Shown: positions 11,064 through 21,602, counted from the stretch's first letter. The stretch is 64,000 nt of DNA from Sedimentisphaerales bacterium (GCA_963666285.1 OY762711.1), one strand, 5' to 3'. The notes: a model not told the origin generated them from the letters alone. Numbers and translations are program-made.

Positions 11064-11311
11064 GCTAATGATTAGCAATCCCCTTTGGGCAAAGAGCCAA
11101 AGGGTGGTAAACCAGAGACCTGGGATAAGGCATCAGGGAAGATGCCGGTGTACAGATTTTTTTATATCTGCTGTACATAACTGTCATATTTTGCAGGAAA
11201 TACCATGCAGGAAAAGTGCGCCCGAATGACTTTCTGGTCGTTCTACGTTTTAATCCTGTAGTCAGAGGGTGAGAAACAGAGATTCGATACCGACGGCAGG
11301 ATCTGTCCGTC
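11064..11311 (+). ncRNA. Candidate structured leader or sRNA upstream of the glycogen gene
   Basis: At least six consecutive hairpins and five GGA motifs in a GC-richer patch of an AT-rich intergenic region. Confidence 0.4.
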
Positions 11312-11406
11312 TGTAGAAAAGCGTTTTAGATGAAGTTGACACTGCCAATAGATGTCTGCTTTGTATGTATTATATTATCGTTTTGCCTAAGAAATGAGTA
11401 AAAATT

Positions 11407-14163
11407 ATGCCCCTGGTAACATTCTATTTTGAGCTGCACCAGCCGTTCCGCCTGAATCCGGATACCAGTCAGTTTCTCTGGAAGGAAAAAGACAATGCGA
11501 TTTTCAATAAAGTTGCACAGAAATGCTATATTCCAGCTACCCAGATGTTTACTGACGCTGTACGGCGCTGCCCCAGCTTCAAAATATGCTTTAGCATGTC
11601 CGGTACTTTCCTGGAGCAGGCTGAAAAATATAACCCACAGGTTATCGAAGAGCTTAAAAAACTGTATGATGCCGGTAGAGACGGTGGTAACAACCAGGTG
11701 GAATTCCTGGAGGAAACCTATTATCATTCTCTGACAGCTTTATTTGAAGATCCGGAAAAGACCGAATTCAAAGAGCAGGTAATGATGCATCGCCAGATAA
11801 TGAAGCGGCTTTTTGACTGCAAGCCCACCTCATTTCGCAATACGGAATTGATGTATAATAACGAGGTTGCCAATACCGTAGCAGATATGGGCTACAAATC
11901 AATTCTCTGCGAGCAAAGAAATGACATGCTCATGGGTGCAGAAGGCAACATTTCTCCACATGCAGTATTCAGATGCAAAGGCAGAAACGGCCGGGCAAGA
12001 AACCTGATTGTCATCCCGCGTCATCGTGATCTGTCGGATGATGTCGCATTCCGGTTCAGGGGTAATACTCTGTCGGCAGAAGACTATGCTTATTATCTAT
12101 CCAGGATCGACGGTGAAGTTGTCATGCTGGGCTATGATTACGAGCATATCGGCGAACATATCTGGGAAGACACCGGCATCTTCAAGTTCTGGAGTGCACT
12201 GCCTGAAGCCATGGAAAAATACAATAACGTTGTACCAACCAACCCGACAGAAGTAGCCGAACAGTTCAAAAATGCCGAATGCCCGATTGCGGATATCCAT
12301 CCGCTGAGCACTTCCAGCTGGGCAGATGTAGAGCGTAATACCAACGGCTGGCTGGGAAGCTCTACCCAACATATGCTGTTCAAGGAAATGCAGGACCTTG
12401 AATATGATGTAAAGAAAACAAATGTTCACCATCTTCGCAGATGGCGATACCTGACGACATCTGACCATCTTTACTACCTGCATGAAGGTGTAGGCCCAGA
12501 CCGCGGCGTACATGACTACTTCAGTCCGTATGGTTCGCTGTCTACCGCCACCTGCCTGCTAACCAGAAACATTGACAATCTGTCATATAGTGTTAAACGG
12601 TTTAATGTGGCGATAAAGAAACAGGTTACACCAGTAATCCTGATCTCTCCTGAAACGGCCCGACTGCCACAGACAGGCATGGGCGATTTCGCCAAATTTA
12701 TCTCCGGTAAATCTGGGGGTATGGGCGATGTAGTTTCAGCCATATGCAAGGGTCTGGTAGATCGAGGTATGCCGGTACACCTGATAACCCTGAACCTGCA
12801 AAAGCGGTTCATGGAAGAAGCCGGTATGTCATCCGGAGAATGGATTGAGCAGCGTCATAAACTTCCTCAGGAATTTATCCACCTGGTAACATCTTCTATT
12901 TTCGGGCATTATTACCATGCCTATGAAGGTAAACCGGTTATGACAGCCGCAGAGTTTCAGCGTCAGATAATAAATAACTACCTAAAGGATATCCGCTCTC
13001 ATTATGACGGTCGTGCGATAATACACAGCCACGACTGGATGGCAGGCGGAGTCGTAACAGCATATGCCAAGCAGAGAAGCATACCTCTGCTTCATACCGT
13101 ACACAATACCCATACAGCCAACATACCGGTGGAAGCTCTTCACGGCGTTGATATGCATGAGATATGGCAAGACCTGTATCTGAAATGGGATAACGGCAGA
13201 GATTGCATTGACGCCCAGGCAACAGCAATCAAAAACGCATCAATAATATCATACGTAGGCAAAACTTTCTTACGTGAGATAGTAAAGGATTTCTTCCTGG
13301 ACAGGCCAATTATACCATGGTCGGTCAGAGAAGAGACCAAGGCAAAGCATTTCACCAGCCAATCTGCAGTAATCATGAACGGCATTTCACCTATGGTATA
13401 CCCGGAGATGCAGCAGGAAGATGCAGATATGGACAAACCGGGCCTGGCAAAAGCCTTTGGCCCTAATGACGAGATCCTGGAAGCCAAGAAACTCAACCTG
13501 GTAAAATTCCAGCATCAAATGGGCCTGAACAAAGACCCGGATGCAATAATGCTTTTCTGGCCAAGCAGACTGGACCAGAATCAGAAAGGTATCGAACTAC
13601 TGGAAGCAATCGCCGGTGAGTTTATTAACCAGAACCCAGACGTACAGATAGCGGTCGTCGGCAACCCGGTCGGCGACGATATGTGCCATAAGGATATAAT
13701 GGGCAGAATAGCATGTGCCTCCGGCGGACGGATCGCATACCATCACTTTACAGAAAACCTGAGTACACTTGGCTATGCCGCGGCATCAGACGTGTTTGGT
13801 GCATCACTCTATGAACCGTTCGGTCAGATTGATGTTATCGGCAATCTTTACGGAGCTACAACAACCAACCGCAATACCGGCGGCTTCAGCGACAAGATTG
13901 AAAGCCTGAGTCTGGCAGCCTGGGGCGCTCCGCAGGACTACGGCAACGGAGTCCTGTTTGACAGTTACGATCCGGGTGGATTGTGGTGGGGTCTTAGCCG
14001 AACAGTCAAGAACCATCGCTATTTCAGGATGAACCCAAGTCAGTGGCAGATACAGTCCAGAAGGATAATGAGAGAAGCCCGTGAGAAATGGTCGCTAGAC
14101 AAAATGATCGCCGGCTATATCAGCCTTTATGAAAAACTAAACGGAGGAAAACCTCTGGCATAA
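11407..14163 (+). CDS. GH57 amylase-like domain fused to a glycogen synthase (GT5)-like domain
   Basis: N-terminal FELHQP, ETYYHSL, FRNTEL, DYEHIGEH, TSDHLYY (GH57). C-terminal KSGGMGDV (KXGG), HSHDW, SRLDQNQKG, SLYEPFG (GT5). Confidence 0.9.
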   Translation: MPLVTFYFELHQPFRLNPDTSQFLWKEKDNAIFNKVAQKCYIPATQMFTDAVRRCPSFKICFSMSGTFLEQAEKYNPQVIEELKKLYDAGRDGGNNQVEFLEETYYHSLTALFEDPEKTEFKEQVMMHRQIMKRLFDCKPTSFRNTELMYNNEVANTVADMGYKSILCEQRNDMLMGAEGNISPHAVFRCKGRNGRARNLIVIPRHRDLSDDVAFRFRGNTLSAEDYAYYLSRIDGEVVMLGYDYEHIGEHIWEDTGIFKFWSALPEAMEKYNNVVPTNPTEVAEQFKNAECPIADIHPLSTSSWADVERNTNGWLGSSTQHMLFKEMQDLEYDVKKTNVHHLRRWRYLTTSDHLYYLHEGVGPDRGVHDYFSPYGSLSTATCLLTRNIDNLSYSVKRFNVAIKKQVTPVILISPETARLPQTGMGDFAKFISGKSGGMGDVVSAICKGLVDRGMPVHLITLNLQKRFMEEAGMSSGEWIEQRHKLPQEFIHLVTSSIFGHYYHAYEGKPVMTAAEFQRQIINNYLKDIRSHYDGRAIIHSHDWMAGGVVTAYAKQRSIPLLHTVHNTHTANIPVEALHGVDMHEIWQDLYLKWDNGRDCIDAQATAIKNASIISYVGKTFLREIVKDFFLDRPIIPWSVREETKAKHFTSQSAVIMNGISPMVYPEMQQEDADMDKPGLAKAFGPNDEILEAKKLNLVKFQHQMGLNKDPDAIMLFWPSRLDQNQKGIELLEAIAGEFINQNPDVQIAVVGNPVGDDMCHKDIMGRIACASGGRIAYHHFTENLSTLGYAAASDVFGASLYEPFGQIDVIGNLYGATTTNRNTGGFSDKIESLSLAAWGAPQDYGNGVLFDSYDPGGLWWGLSRTVKNHRYFRMNPSQWQIQSRRIMREAREKWSLDKMIAGYISLYEKLNGGKPLA

Positions 14164-14195
14164 TACCGGCCTAAAACTTTTTGTCCTTTAAAAAC

Positions 14196-14248
14196 AAAAA
14201 TACTGTTGAACCCTGACTTAACTAACGGAGTTCAACAGTATTTTTTTT
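14196..14248. terminator. Bidirectional terminator between convergent genes
   Basis: AAAAATACTGTTGAAC...GTTCAACAGTATTTTT. Confidence 0.75.
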
Positions 14249-14380
14249 GATACTAATATGGTTTCCCATTCAATTTTGTGTAGATTAGAGTTATGAGACA
14301 GCTGGACAAATCATTTCCGCCCTACCCTCTAAACGGTTAGTCCGCTTACATTTGGAAGTCAGAAAAATCGTCTGGTTTGG

Positions 14381-16336
14381 CTAGAAGAATGTCAGGCGGA
14401 AGAAGCGGATCACTTTACGTGCCACGACAAACCCAAGCGGCTTTTTAACTGTTCTGATCTTGGCGGAGCCTTCCATGCCGTCACGCAAGCCGTGCTGGAT
14501 TTTTTCAAGGGCATCCGGTTCGATATCAATACGAACATCAAAAACGTTTCCATTCTGAGTGATACGAGCAGCATGAGCTATCTGATCGGGACGGTCAATA
14601 GTGGCAGCCAGCTTAACCTGTGGGAACGCCTCAAGAACATAGTCAATCACAACCGGCAGAACCTGGTCCGATGCCTGCCCCTCACCACCGGCAGCAGCCA
14701 GTCGAACCCATTCGATGTCTGCCTGAGGAACTTCTATAACAAGCTGCCAGCTATTTAAATCTGCCAGTTCACAGATAAGATCACCTCGTTTAACGGTAAG
14801 CCCAACCCTGCGGTCCATCTGCGGGGTCAGAATATGCCCGGTAATCGGAGAAATAACTTTACATCGTTTAATAAGATCTTTTTTAAGTTCTATCTCATTA
14901 TTTATCCTGTGTATCTCAAGTTCACTGGTATTTTTTTCAACGGGAGTCAAATTTCCACGATTAAAATTCAGTTTCTCCTGCTCGAGTTTAATTTTCAAGG
15001 TAGCAAGTTCATTTTTCAGATCAAAATCGTCAAGTTGGGCAATTAATTCACCTTCATTAACCCGTCCTTCAGTTTTATAAATTTCTTTGATCTGAATCTG
15101 CTCCAGCTGCGATTCAACAGAGCGCATAACCTGAGGAGTAAGGCTGCAATCTCCCTTAATAGTAATCGTCCACGGCATAAACATACAAAGAACAATAATA
15201 ACGATTACAAGCAGAGTACGGAAAACAAATTTCCGTTTACGCTTAGGATCATCTTTGATCTTTTTCAACCTGGCAAGCGGCCTGACCACAGGAACAGAAG
15301 CCATCTCTAAAGCATTGTGAATTGCAATTGCGCCATGATTAGCAACCGAAGTAACCATTCCCTCCAGATTACCAGATGCTTCTGCGAAACCTTCGGCAAC
15401 AACAACGCCATAATAATTATCATCGAAGTGAATTGGATAAATATATATCTGGTTGAGCTGGCTTACATTAAAGTAATTCTTCAGCATCCCGGTAAGCTCA
15501 TCCTCTTCCGGAAGCTCGACCAGATTGTCGCGACCGGCAATAATGGGCTTTTTCTCACGCAATGCGTAACGGCCAAGTTTTTCAACGGCCTGCATAAGCA
15601 CAGCCCTTTTATCGGGCTTATCAACACCGCTAACAGCCTGCATATTACGTTTAACACGAGGATCTATCCAGATAATCACTCTTTCACACGCAATCACCTC
15701 ACGACCGAAATTTGCCATCTGGTAGCATACTTTTTCCAAGTCAAGCGAATCATGCACTTTTTCGCTATAATTCAACAACCTTGAAAGACTCTTGCGATCA
15801 TCGTCAAGAACAACAGCGCGGCGATGGGCAAGATATGTCTCTGCAGTTTCACCTGCCTGATCCAGAATGGCGACAATTGGCCGAAACTGAGACTGATCCA
15901 GCTGAGGGTCACAGACAAGATGAAGCAGCATAGCAACCTGTCCGCCGGCACGCAAAGGTTTGAACATAAGGCAATGACCACAAACATTGGTCAGCCCGGC
16001 AGCTTCAGAGTCTTCCGCTTTAGGGGGAACAACCATTGTCTTACCTTCTTCAACCGTCTTTTGAATTGCCTGGTTAAGGAGATCCTGCTGAGACGGAATG
16101 TCAAGTTTACACAGTTCGACATTGAGATGGCAATAGCATTGAGGTCCTTTTTCAGGCTGAAGTACCCAGATAGCTCCCCCTCTGCTGCCGGAAGCAGAAA
16201 TAGCAAGCTGCAGGAAATTGGCAAAAAACTGCGGAGGTTCCGGATTAGAACTGGCAAGTTTGGCTATTTTTGATAACAAATCTGCAACCTGGCGGGTATC
16301 TGGTAATGCGGTCACTACTAAGTCCTTTATCTGCAA
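14381..16336 (-). CDS. GAF-domain protein with a TM segment and a HlyD/RND adaptor-like C-terminus
   Basis: Two GAF-like segments (AVSGVDKPDKRA), TM FRTLLVIVIIVLCMFMPW, barrel-sandwich hybrid motifs (VNEGELIAQLD, VISPITG, VKRGDLICELAD). Start uncertain. Confidence 0.8.
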   Translation of the reverse strand: MQIKDLVVTALPDTRQVADLLSKIAKLASSNPEPPQFFANFLQLAISASGSRGGAIWVLQPEKGPQCYCHLNVELCKLDIPSQQDLLNQAIQKTVEEGKTMVVPPKAEDSEAAGLTNVCGHCLMFKPLRAGGQVAMLLHLVCDPQLDQSQFRPIVAILDQAGETAETYLAHRRAVVLDDDRKSLSRLLNYSEKVHDSLDLEKVCYQMANFGREVIACERVIIWIDPRVKRNMQAVSGVDKPDKRAVLMQAVEKLGRYALREKKPIIAGRDNLVELPEEDELTGMLKNYFNVSQLNQIYIYPIHFDDNYYGVVVAEGFAEASGNLEGMVTSVANHGAIAIHNALEMASVPVVRPLARLKKIKDDPKRKRKFVFRTLLVIVIIVLCMFMPWTITIKGDCSLTPQVMRSVESQLEQIQIKEIYKTEGRVNEGELIAQLDDFDLKNELATLKIKLEQEKLNFNRGNLTPVEKNTSELEIHRINNEIELKKDLIKRCKVISPITGHILTPQMDRRVGLTVKRGDLICELADLNSWQLVIEVPQADIEWVRLAAAGGEGQASDQVLPVVIDYVLEAFPQVKLAATIDRPDQIAHAARITQNGNVFDVRIDIEPDALEKIQHGLRDGMEGSAKIRTVKKPLGFVVARKVIRFFRLTFF

Positions 16337-16709
16337 TGGTTTGTACTAACAACAACAGGTATCGGCTATATGCGGATACCTGCAGTATTTATACCAATCA
16401 ATAATAATATCGGTTATGTAGAACTATATTATAAACGCAATGCCGGAAAAATACACCCTAAAAACACAGCGGATAAATCATTTAGGTTAAACTATCATAC
16501 TATTTTCAAATTCATAACTGTGCAGTATCAAATAAAGCCACCCAGCTATATAACCGATTGAAAATAAACAGATTTTATTATAGATGTGCAAAGCAGCAGA
16601 CAAGCTTCATAGTCCAATAATACCCTGAAGTCTAATGCTGAATTAAGATTTTGCGTTATGTCGAGATTGGCAAAAATATATGCACAAACATAATAGAATG
16701 GGGGCAAAT

Positions 16710-17873
16710 ATGGATAATTCTATAATTAATCTCAGGAAATTCCTGGCACCAGAAATTATTTTCGGTACCGGAGCCCGGAAAATGGTCGGCCAATACTGCA
16801 ATAATTTCATGTTAGAAAAGGTCATAATAGTAACCGACCAGGGACTAATAGACCATGGATGGGTAAAACAGGTCGAAGACAGCCTGGCAGAATCCGGAGT
16901 TGAATATGTTATATTTTCCGAAGTAACCCCGAATCCAAGAGCCGAGGAAGTAATGAAAGGGGCTGAAGTCTTTCGTACGGAAAACTGTTCAGGTATTGTC
17001 TCTATCGGAGGTGGAAGTCCGATGGACTGTGCCAAGGGAATAGGGATTATTATCTCAAACCACGGTCATATCCTGGACTATGAGGGGATCGACCAGATAC
17101 CGGCACCACTGCCGCCTATGATTTTTATACCATCTACAGCGGGTACATCAGCAGATGTATCTCAGTTCAGTATTATCGCAAATACTCAAGAGCAGGTAAA
17201 AATTGCGATCGTAAGCAAAAGTATTATCCCTGATGTATCACTAATAGACCCTGAAATTACTACAACAATGGATGATTATCTGACTGCATGTACCGGTATG
17301 GACGCATTAGTCCATGCGATAGAAGCCTATGTATCAACTGCCAGTTCAAAAATGACAGACCTCCATGCCCTGCATGCAATTACTCTGCTTAAAGATAATC
17401 TACCAATGATAATATCAGACTCAGACAACATTTTACTCCGTGAAAATATCATGCTGGCCAGCATGCACGCAGGCCTGGCATTTTCTAATGCCGTATTAGG
17501 GGCAGTTCATGCGATGTCACACAGCCTGGGCGGTTACCTGGATCTCCCGCATGGTGAATGCAATTCATTACTACTGGAACATGTAATAAACTACAATTTC
17601 GATGCAGCACCGGAAAGATTCAGAATAATTGCAGAAACATTTGGAATTGATACAAGAGGTATATTGAATCCTGACTTAAAAAACAGGCTCTTCGACTATA
17701 TCCGTAATTTAAGAAACAGGTTGGGAATATCAAAGAGATTGGAACTTGTGGGCGTAAACAATAGTGACATTCCAATACTCGCTGAAAAAGCCATAAAAGA
17801 TGCCTGTATTTTCACAAATCCCAAAAAAGCCAGCAAACGAGACATTGAAGTAATATATGAAGAAGCCAGATAA
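16710..17873 (+). CDS. ercA: Iron-containing alcohol dehydrogenase-like protein (ErcA-like)
   Basis: LRKFLAPEIIFG, GGGSPMDCAK, GMDALVHAIE, LGAVHAMSHSLGG..HGECN; overlaps the kinase start. The track starts at 16680. Confidence 0.85.
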   Translation: MDNSIINLRKFLAPEIIFGTGARKMVGQYCNNFMLEKVIIVTDQGLIDHGWVKQVEDSLAESGVEYVIFSEVTPNPRAEEVMKGAEVFRTENCSGIVSIGGGSPMDCAKGIGIIISNHGHILDYEGIDQIPAPLPPMIFIPSTAGTSADVSQFSIIANTQEQVKIAIVSKSIIPDVSLIDPEITTTMDDYLTACTGMDALVHAIEAYVSTASSKMTDLHALHAITLLKDNLPMIISDSDNILLRENIMLASMHAGLAFSNAVLGAVHAMSHSLGGYLDLPHGECNSLLLEHVINYNFDAAPERFRIIAETFGIDTRGILNPDLKNRLFDYIRNLRNRLGISKRLELVGVNNSDIPILAEKAIKDACIFTNPKKASKRDIEVIYEEAR

Positions 17874-20451
17874 TGAAAATTTGAATAACGACAATAATGA
17901 TGTTATCAAGCAATTGATCGGCATGGGGCAGCACTCTGCGCGTAAAAGCTATTACCCAATGCTGCAAGAGAAAATTGTCGAACTAAACAAAGAGAAAGTC
18001 AAATATAAAACCATGTTCGACTGTATGGCTGACGCTATTCTTTTAGTCAGAGATAACGGCATAATCAAAGATGTAAACCTGGAAGCATGTTCTAGATATA
18101 AATACAGCAGATCAGAAATGATTGAAATGCCTATATCGAGACTTGACCCACTGCACAATGATACAGAAGTAATCGAAACAATAAAAAAAATCAAAGAAGA
18201 AAATCCACTTAGATTTGAAACTGTTCATGCGACCAAAGACAATATAAATATTGATACAGAAATCATAGCAAATATGGTGGAATATGAAAACGAGCAGGTA
18301 ATTCTATGTGTATGCAGAAATATCAGTGAGTTAAAGCAAACAGAAATCGAGCTGGCAAGCAGTCAAAATCAACTCCAGAGTATTTTTACCGCAGCACCAT
18401 GCGGTATCGGTGTAATACGCAACCAGCTTCTTACATATATGAATAATTATTTCTGCGAAATGACCGGATACAGCGACGACGAGCTGCTGGGGCAAAATTC
18501 TCAAATTTTATATTTAACAGATGTTGAATTCAGACGAGTGGAAAATGACATATCCAGACAAATATCTGAACAAGGAGTTGGAACGGTAGAGACTCAGTTT
18601 AAGTGCAAAGATAATCGCATTCTTGACATAAAACTAAGTTCATCGCCATTAGACATGTCAGACTGGTCCAAAGGTTTAACCTTTACAGTTATTGACATAA
18701 CAAATGAAAAAGCCACAGAAAAAGCCTTGGAAAAACGAATAATAGCTCTTACAAATCCATTGGAAAATGCCGATGTTTCCTTCGAAGAATTATTTAACCT
18801 GGAAGATATCCAAAACATTCAAGACCTGTTTTCTGCAGCAACCGGAGTAGGTTCTATCATAACCAAACCTGATGGAACATATATTACATCACCAAGCTGT
18901 TTTTGCAGTTATTGTTCTGAATTAGCCTACATCACAAAAAAAGGGCAAAGTTTTTGCAAACAATCCAGTATCAATCTTAGTAAAGTAAACACCAAAGGAC
19001 CTACAATAGAGCTTCACGGAAAATGTGGCATTCTAGGTGCAGGAGCCAGCATTACAATAGGCGGCAAACATATTGCCAACTGGCTGATCGGACATGTTCG
19101 AAGAAATGACCGAACTGATGAACAAATAAAAGAATTTATTTTAGAACTGGGTGGCGACCCCAAAATAGCATTAGAGAAATATCATCAGACTCCAACAATG
19201 GAAGAGAATCAGTTTGTGATAATTGCAAATGCATTATTCGCATTTGCCAACCAGTTATCAAATACGGCATACCAGAATGTTCAGCAAGCAAGCCTCATAA
19301 ATAAAAGCAGAAGAGCAGAAGAAGTCGTAAAGAATTATAACAAAATACTAAGAAGTGAAGTCGAAAAGAGAACAGCAGAATTAGAAAATAAAAACAATCT
19401 CCTTCACAAAGAAATTGAGGAAAGGAACCGAACAGAAAAGGAGCTCCAAACAACACAGACCCAACTAATCCAATCAGAGAAAATGGCATCAATCGGCCAG
19501 CTGGCTTCAAATATTGCTCATGAAATTAACACTCCTCTCGGTGCAATTGGATCTTCAAATACAATTATTAAACAATTTTTTAATGATATTATTGAATTAC
19601 TTGAAGATTACGCCAAAATGTTTCAGAGTGAAAACAAGGATCTCATTAAAAAAGTTGTTAAATACAGTTCTATTCAAAATGCCCCGACTTTATCGACTCG
19701 TGAAATTCGTCAAATGCGAAGTGACCTTACCAAATTACTTGAAGGGCAAGTGTCATGCAGTCCAACGCTCCTGGCAGGATTCCTAGTTAACAGCGGTATG
19801 TCTGACATCTATAAAGAATTTATCCCATTGTTCAAAAGCTCAGATAGTGAGCGTATACTTGATATGCTGGAAAAGATAACTGCAATATACCAGGGAAATG
19901 TAATTATCGAACAGGCAATCCAGCAATCGTCCAGAATAGTCTTTGCCTTAAAAGAATATGCCCGTGCAGGTGACACTAAGAATAAAATCCTGGCAAGTGT
20001 TAGAAAGAGCCTGGAAACAGCAATAACTCTTTATGCCAATAAGCTCAAACACGGCCTGGAACTGGAACTGGAACTGGAAGATGTGCCAGAGATATTCTGT
20101 TATCCAAGTGAACTTAACCAGGTATGGACAAATCTAATCCATAATGCCGTCCAGGCAATGGAAGAACAAGGCAAACTGGAAATATCAATGAAAAAATCAG
20201 GCGATAATATAGAGATAAGAATAAAAGATAACGGCTGTGGAATACCAGATGATAATATCGATAAAATATTTGAACCGCTATTTACAACTAAACCATCCGG
20301 CATGGGCAGCGGTCTGGGGCTGGATATTGTCAAAAGAATAATTGACAGACACAACGGTAGTATCAGAGCTGAAAGTTCATTTGGCAAAGGGGCCATATTT
20401 ATAGTAACGCTGCCGATAATATTAAGACAGGAAATAGCTATAAATAGCTAA
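17857..20451 (+). CDS. Cytoplasmic sensor histidine kinase (PAS-PAS-PocR-HisKA-HATPase)
   Basis: N-terminal LIGMGQHSARKSYYP, two PAS domains, PocR signature IQDLFSAATGV..IGGKHIANWLIG, H box AHEINTPL, N/G1/F/G2 boxes, no TM segment. Confidence 0.92.
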   Translation: MKKPDNENLNNDNNDVIKQLIGMGQHSARKSYYPMLQEKIVELNKEKVKYKTMFDCMADAILLVRDNGIIKDVNLEACSRYKYSRSEMIEMPISRLDPLHNDTEVIETIKKIKEENPLRFETVHATKDNINIDTEIIANMVEYENEQVILCVCRNISELKQTEIELASSQNQLQSIFTAAPCGIGVIRNQLLTYMNNYFCEMTGYSDDELLGQNSQILYLTDVEFRRVENDISRQISEQGVGTVETQFKCKDNRILDIKLSSSPLDMSDWSKGLTFTVIDITNEKATEKALEKRIIALTNPLENADVSFEELFNLEDIQNIQDLFSAATGVGSIITKPDGTYITSPSCFCSYCSELAYITKKGQSFCKQSSINLSKVNTKGPTIELHGKCGILGAGASITIGGKHIANWLIGHVRRNDRTDEQIKEFILELGGDPKIALEKYHQTPTMEENQFVIIANALFAFANQLSNTAYQNVQQASLINKSRRAEEVVKNYNKILRSEVEKRTAELENKNNLLHKEIEERNRTEKELQTTQTQLIQSEKMASIGQLASNIAHEINTPLGAIGSSNTIIKQFFNDIIELLEDYAKMFQSENKDLIKKVVKYSSIQNAPTLSTREIRQMRSDLTKLLEGQVSCSPTLLAGFLVNSGMSDIYKEFIPLFKSSDSERILDMLEKITAIYQGNVIIEQAIQQSSRIVFALKEYARAGDTKNKILASVRKSLETAITLYANKLKHGLELELELEDVPEIFCYPSELNQVWTNLIHNAVQAMEEQGKLEISMKKSGDNIEIRIKDNGCGIPDDNIDKIFEPLFTTKPSGMGSGLGLDIVKRIIDRHNGSIRAESSFGKGAIFIVTLPIILRQEIAINS

Positions 20452-20775
20452 TTTACAATTTTTATCTATGTAATATCCCATGCTGATGATTTGAGATATG
20501 CCCCCCGGAAATAAGGTCCTATAAACAAAATCAGAATGGTAGTACTATAAAGCTTTAGGATTTTTACAGCTTAATGTCAAAAACATCCACAATAATGTTA
20601 TGTACAGTGTTTTTTTCTAAAATCAATGTTTCAAATTGCCGAATAATGTACCTAGACTTATTAATAAAAGAATCAGTCGAAAGCCCAAGAGAAGAACATA
20701 CAAATCTGCTTTAAATTATCAGAATAATAAGCAACGATTTGAGCCTAAAATAAGCAGATAAGGAAACAATGATAA

Positions 20776-21027
20776 ATGAAGACATGTGAGAAATTAGAGA
20801 AATGTCCATTTTTTAATGACATCATGAGTAATATGCCGGCTGAAAGTGAACAAATCAAAATGCAATATTGTTTGGATAATTTTGAATCTTGTGCCCGAAA
20901 GCTAATTGCCGATAAATTCGGGGAAGAACAGGTTCCATATGACATGTTCCCTAACGAAAATTATCGTGCAGTAGAGCTTATCAGCTATATGTCTAACCAG
21001 ATAGAAAATAAGGTTAACGAGAACTAA
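20776..21027 (+). CDS. Small Cys-containing hypothetical protein
   Basis: C-x5-CPFF...YC-x6-CAR...VP.DMFPN; AGGA upstream. Confidence 0.75.
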   Translation: MKTCEKLEKCPFFNDIMSNMPAESEQIKMQYCLDNFESCARKLIADKFGEEQVPYDMFPNENYRAVELISYMSNQIENKVNEN

Positions 21028-21068
21028 CTTTAAGAATTATCAAAACCTGGAATTTAATATACCAGAGA

Positions 21069-21596
21069 TTATTTAAAGAGAATCTTTTTCTCAGCCTCTT
21101 TCAATTCATCATATAATTCCAGCAAGCTTTGGCTAATAGTACGGGTATCCCCTACCGTTGACATAAAATTGGTATCACCATCCCAGCGTGGAACAATATG
21201 CTGGTGAAGATGGCCCGGCAGCCCGGCACCGGCACAACGCCCCAGATTGATTCCAATATTAAATCCATGAGGAGTTATTACTTCTTTTAGAACTAACTGA
21301 TAATACCTGGTTAGTTTGACAACCTCCAGCATCACATGGTCAGCTATATCCTGCAATTCACCGATATGATCTTTTGGTGCGATCAAAAGATGTCCGGCAC
21401 TATAAGGATAACCATTCATCACAACCATCGCATATTCGCCACGGTGCAGCAGAAGGTTTTTCCGGTCATTTTCCGGTTGATCATTCAAATAATCGCAAAG
21501 AAAACACTGCTCACCATCATGACCAGAGCGAACATCTTCTTCCAATCCTTTTAAATATGAAATGCGCCATGGAGCCCATATATTATTACTCATCAT
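21069..21596 (-). CDS. HIT family protein (Ap4A phosphorylase/hydrolase-like)
   Basis: WAPWR, CFLC, NGYPYSAGHLL, GFNIGINLG..AGAG, HLHQHIVPRWDGD. Confidence 0.92.
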   Translation of the reverse strand: MMSNNIWAPWRISYLKGLEEDVRSGHDGEQCFLCDYLNDQPENDRKNLLLHRGEYAMVVMNGYPYSAGHLLIAPKDHIGELQDIADHVMLEVVKLTRYYQLVLKEVITPHGFNIGINLGRCAGAGLPGHLHQHIVPRWDGDTNFMSTVGDTRTISQSLLELYDELKEAEKKILFK

Positions 21597-21602
21597 AAAT
21601 AC

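Noticed and set aside
20056..20079. (CTGGAA)x4 as a phase-variation tract
   Set aside because: In-frame hexamer encoding an LELELELE beta strand; slippage would not shift the frame.
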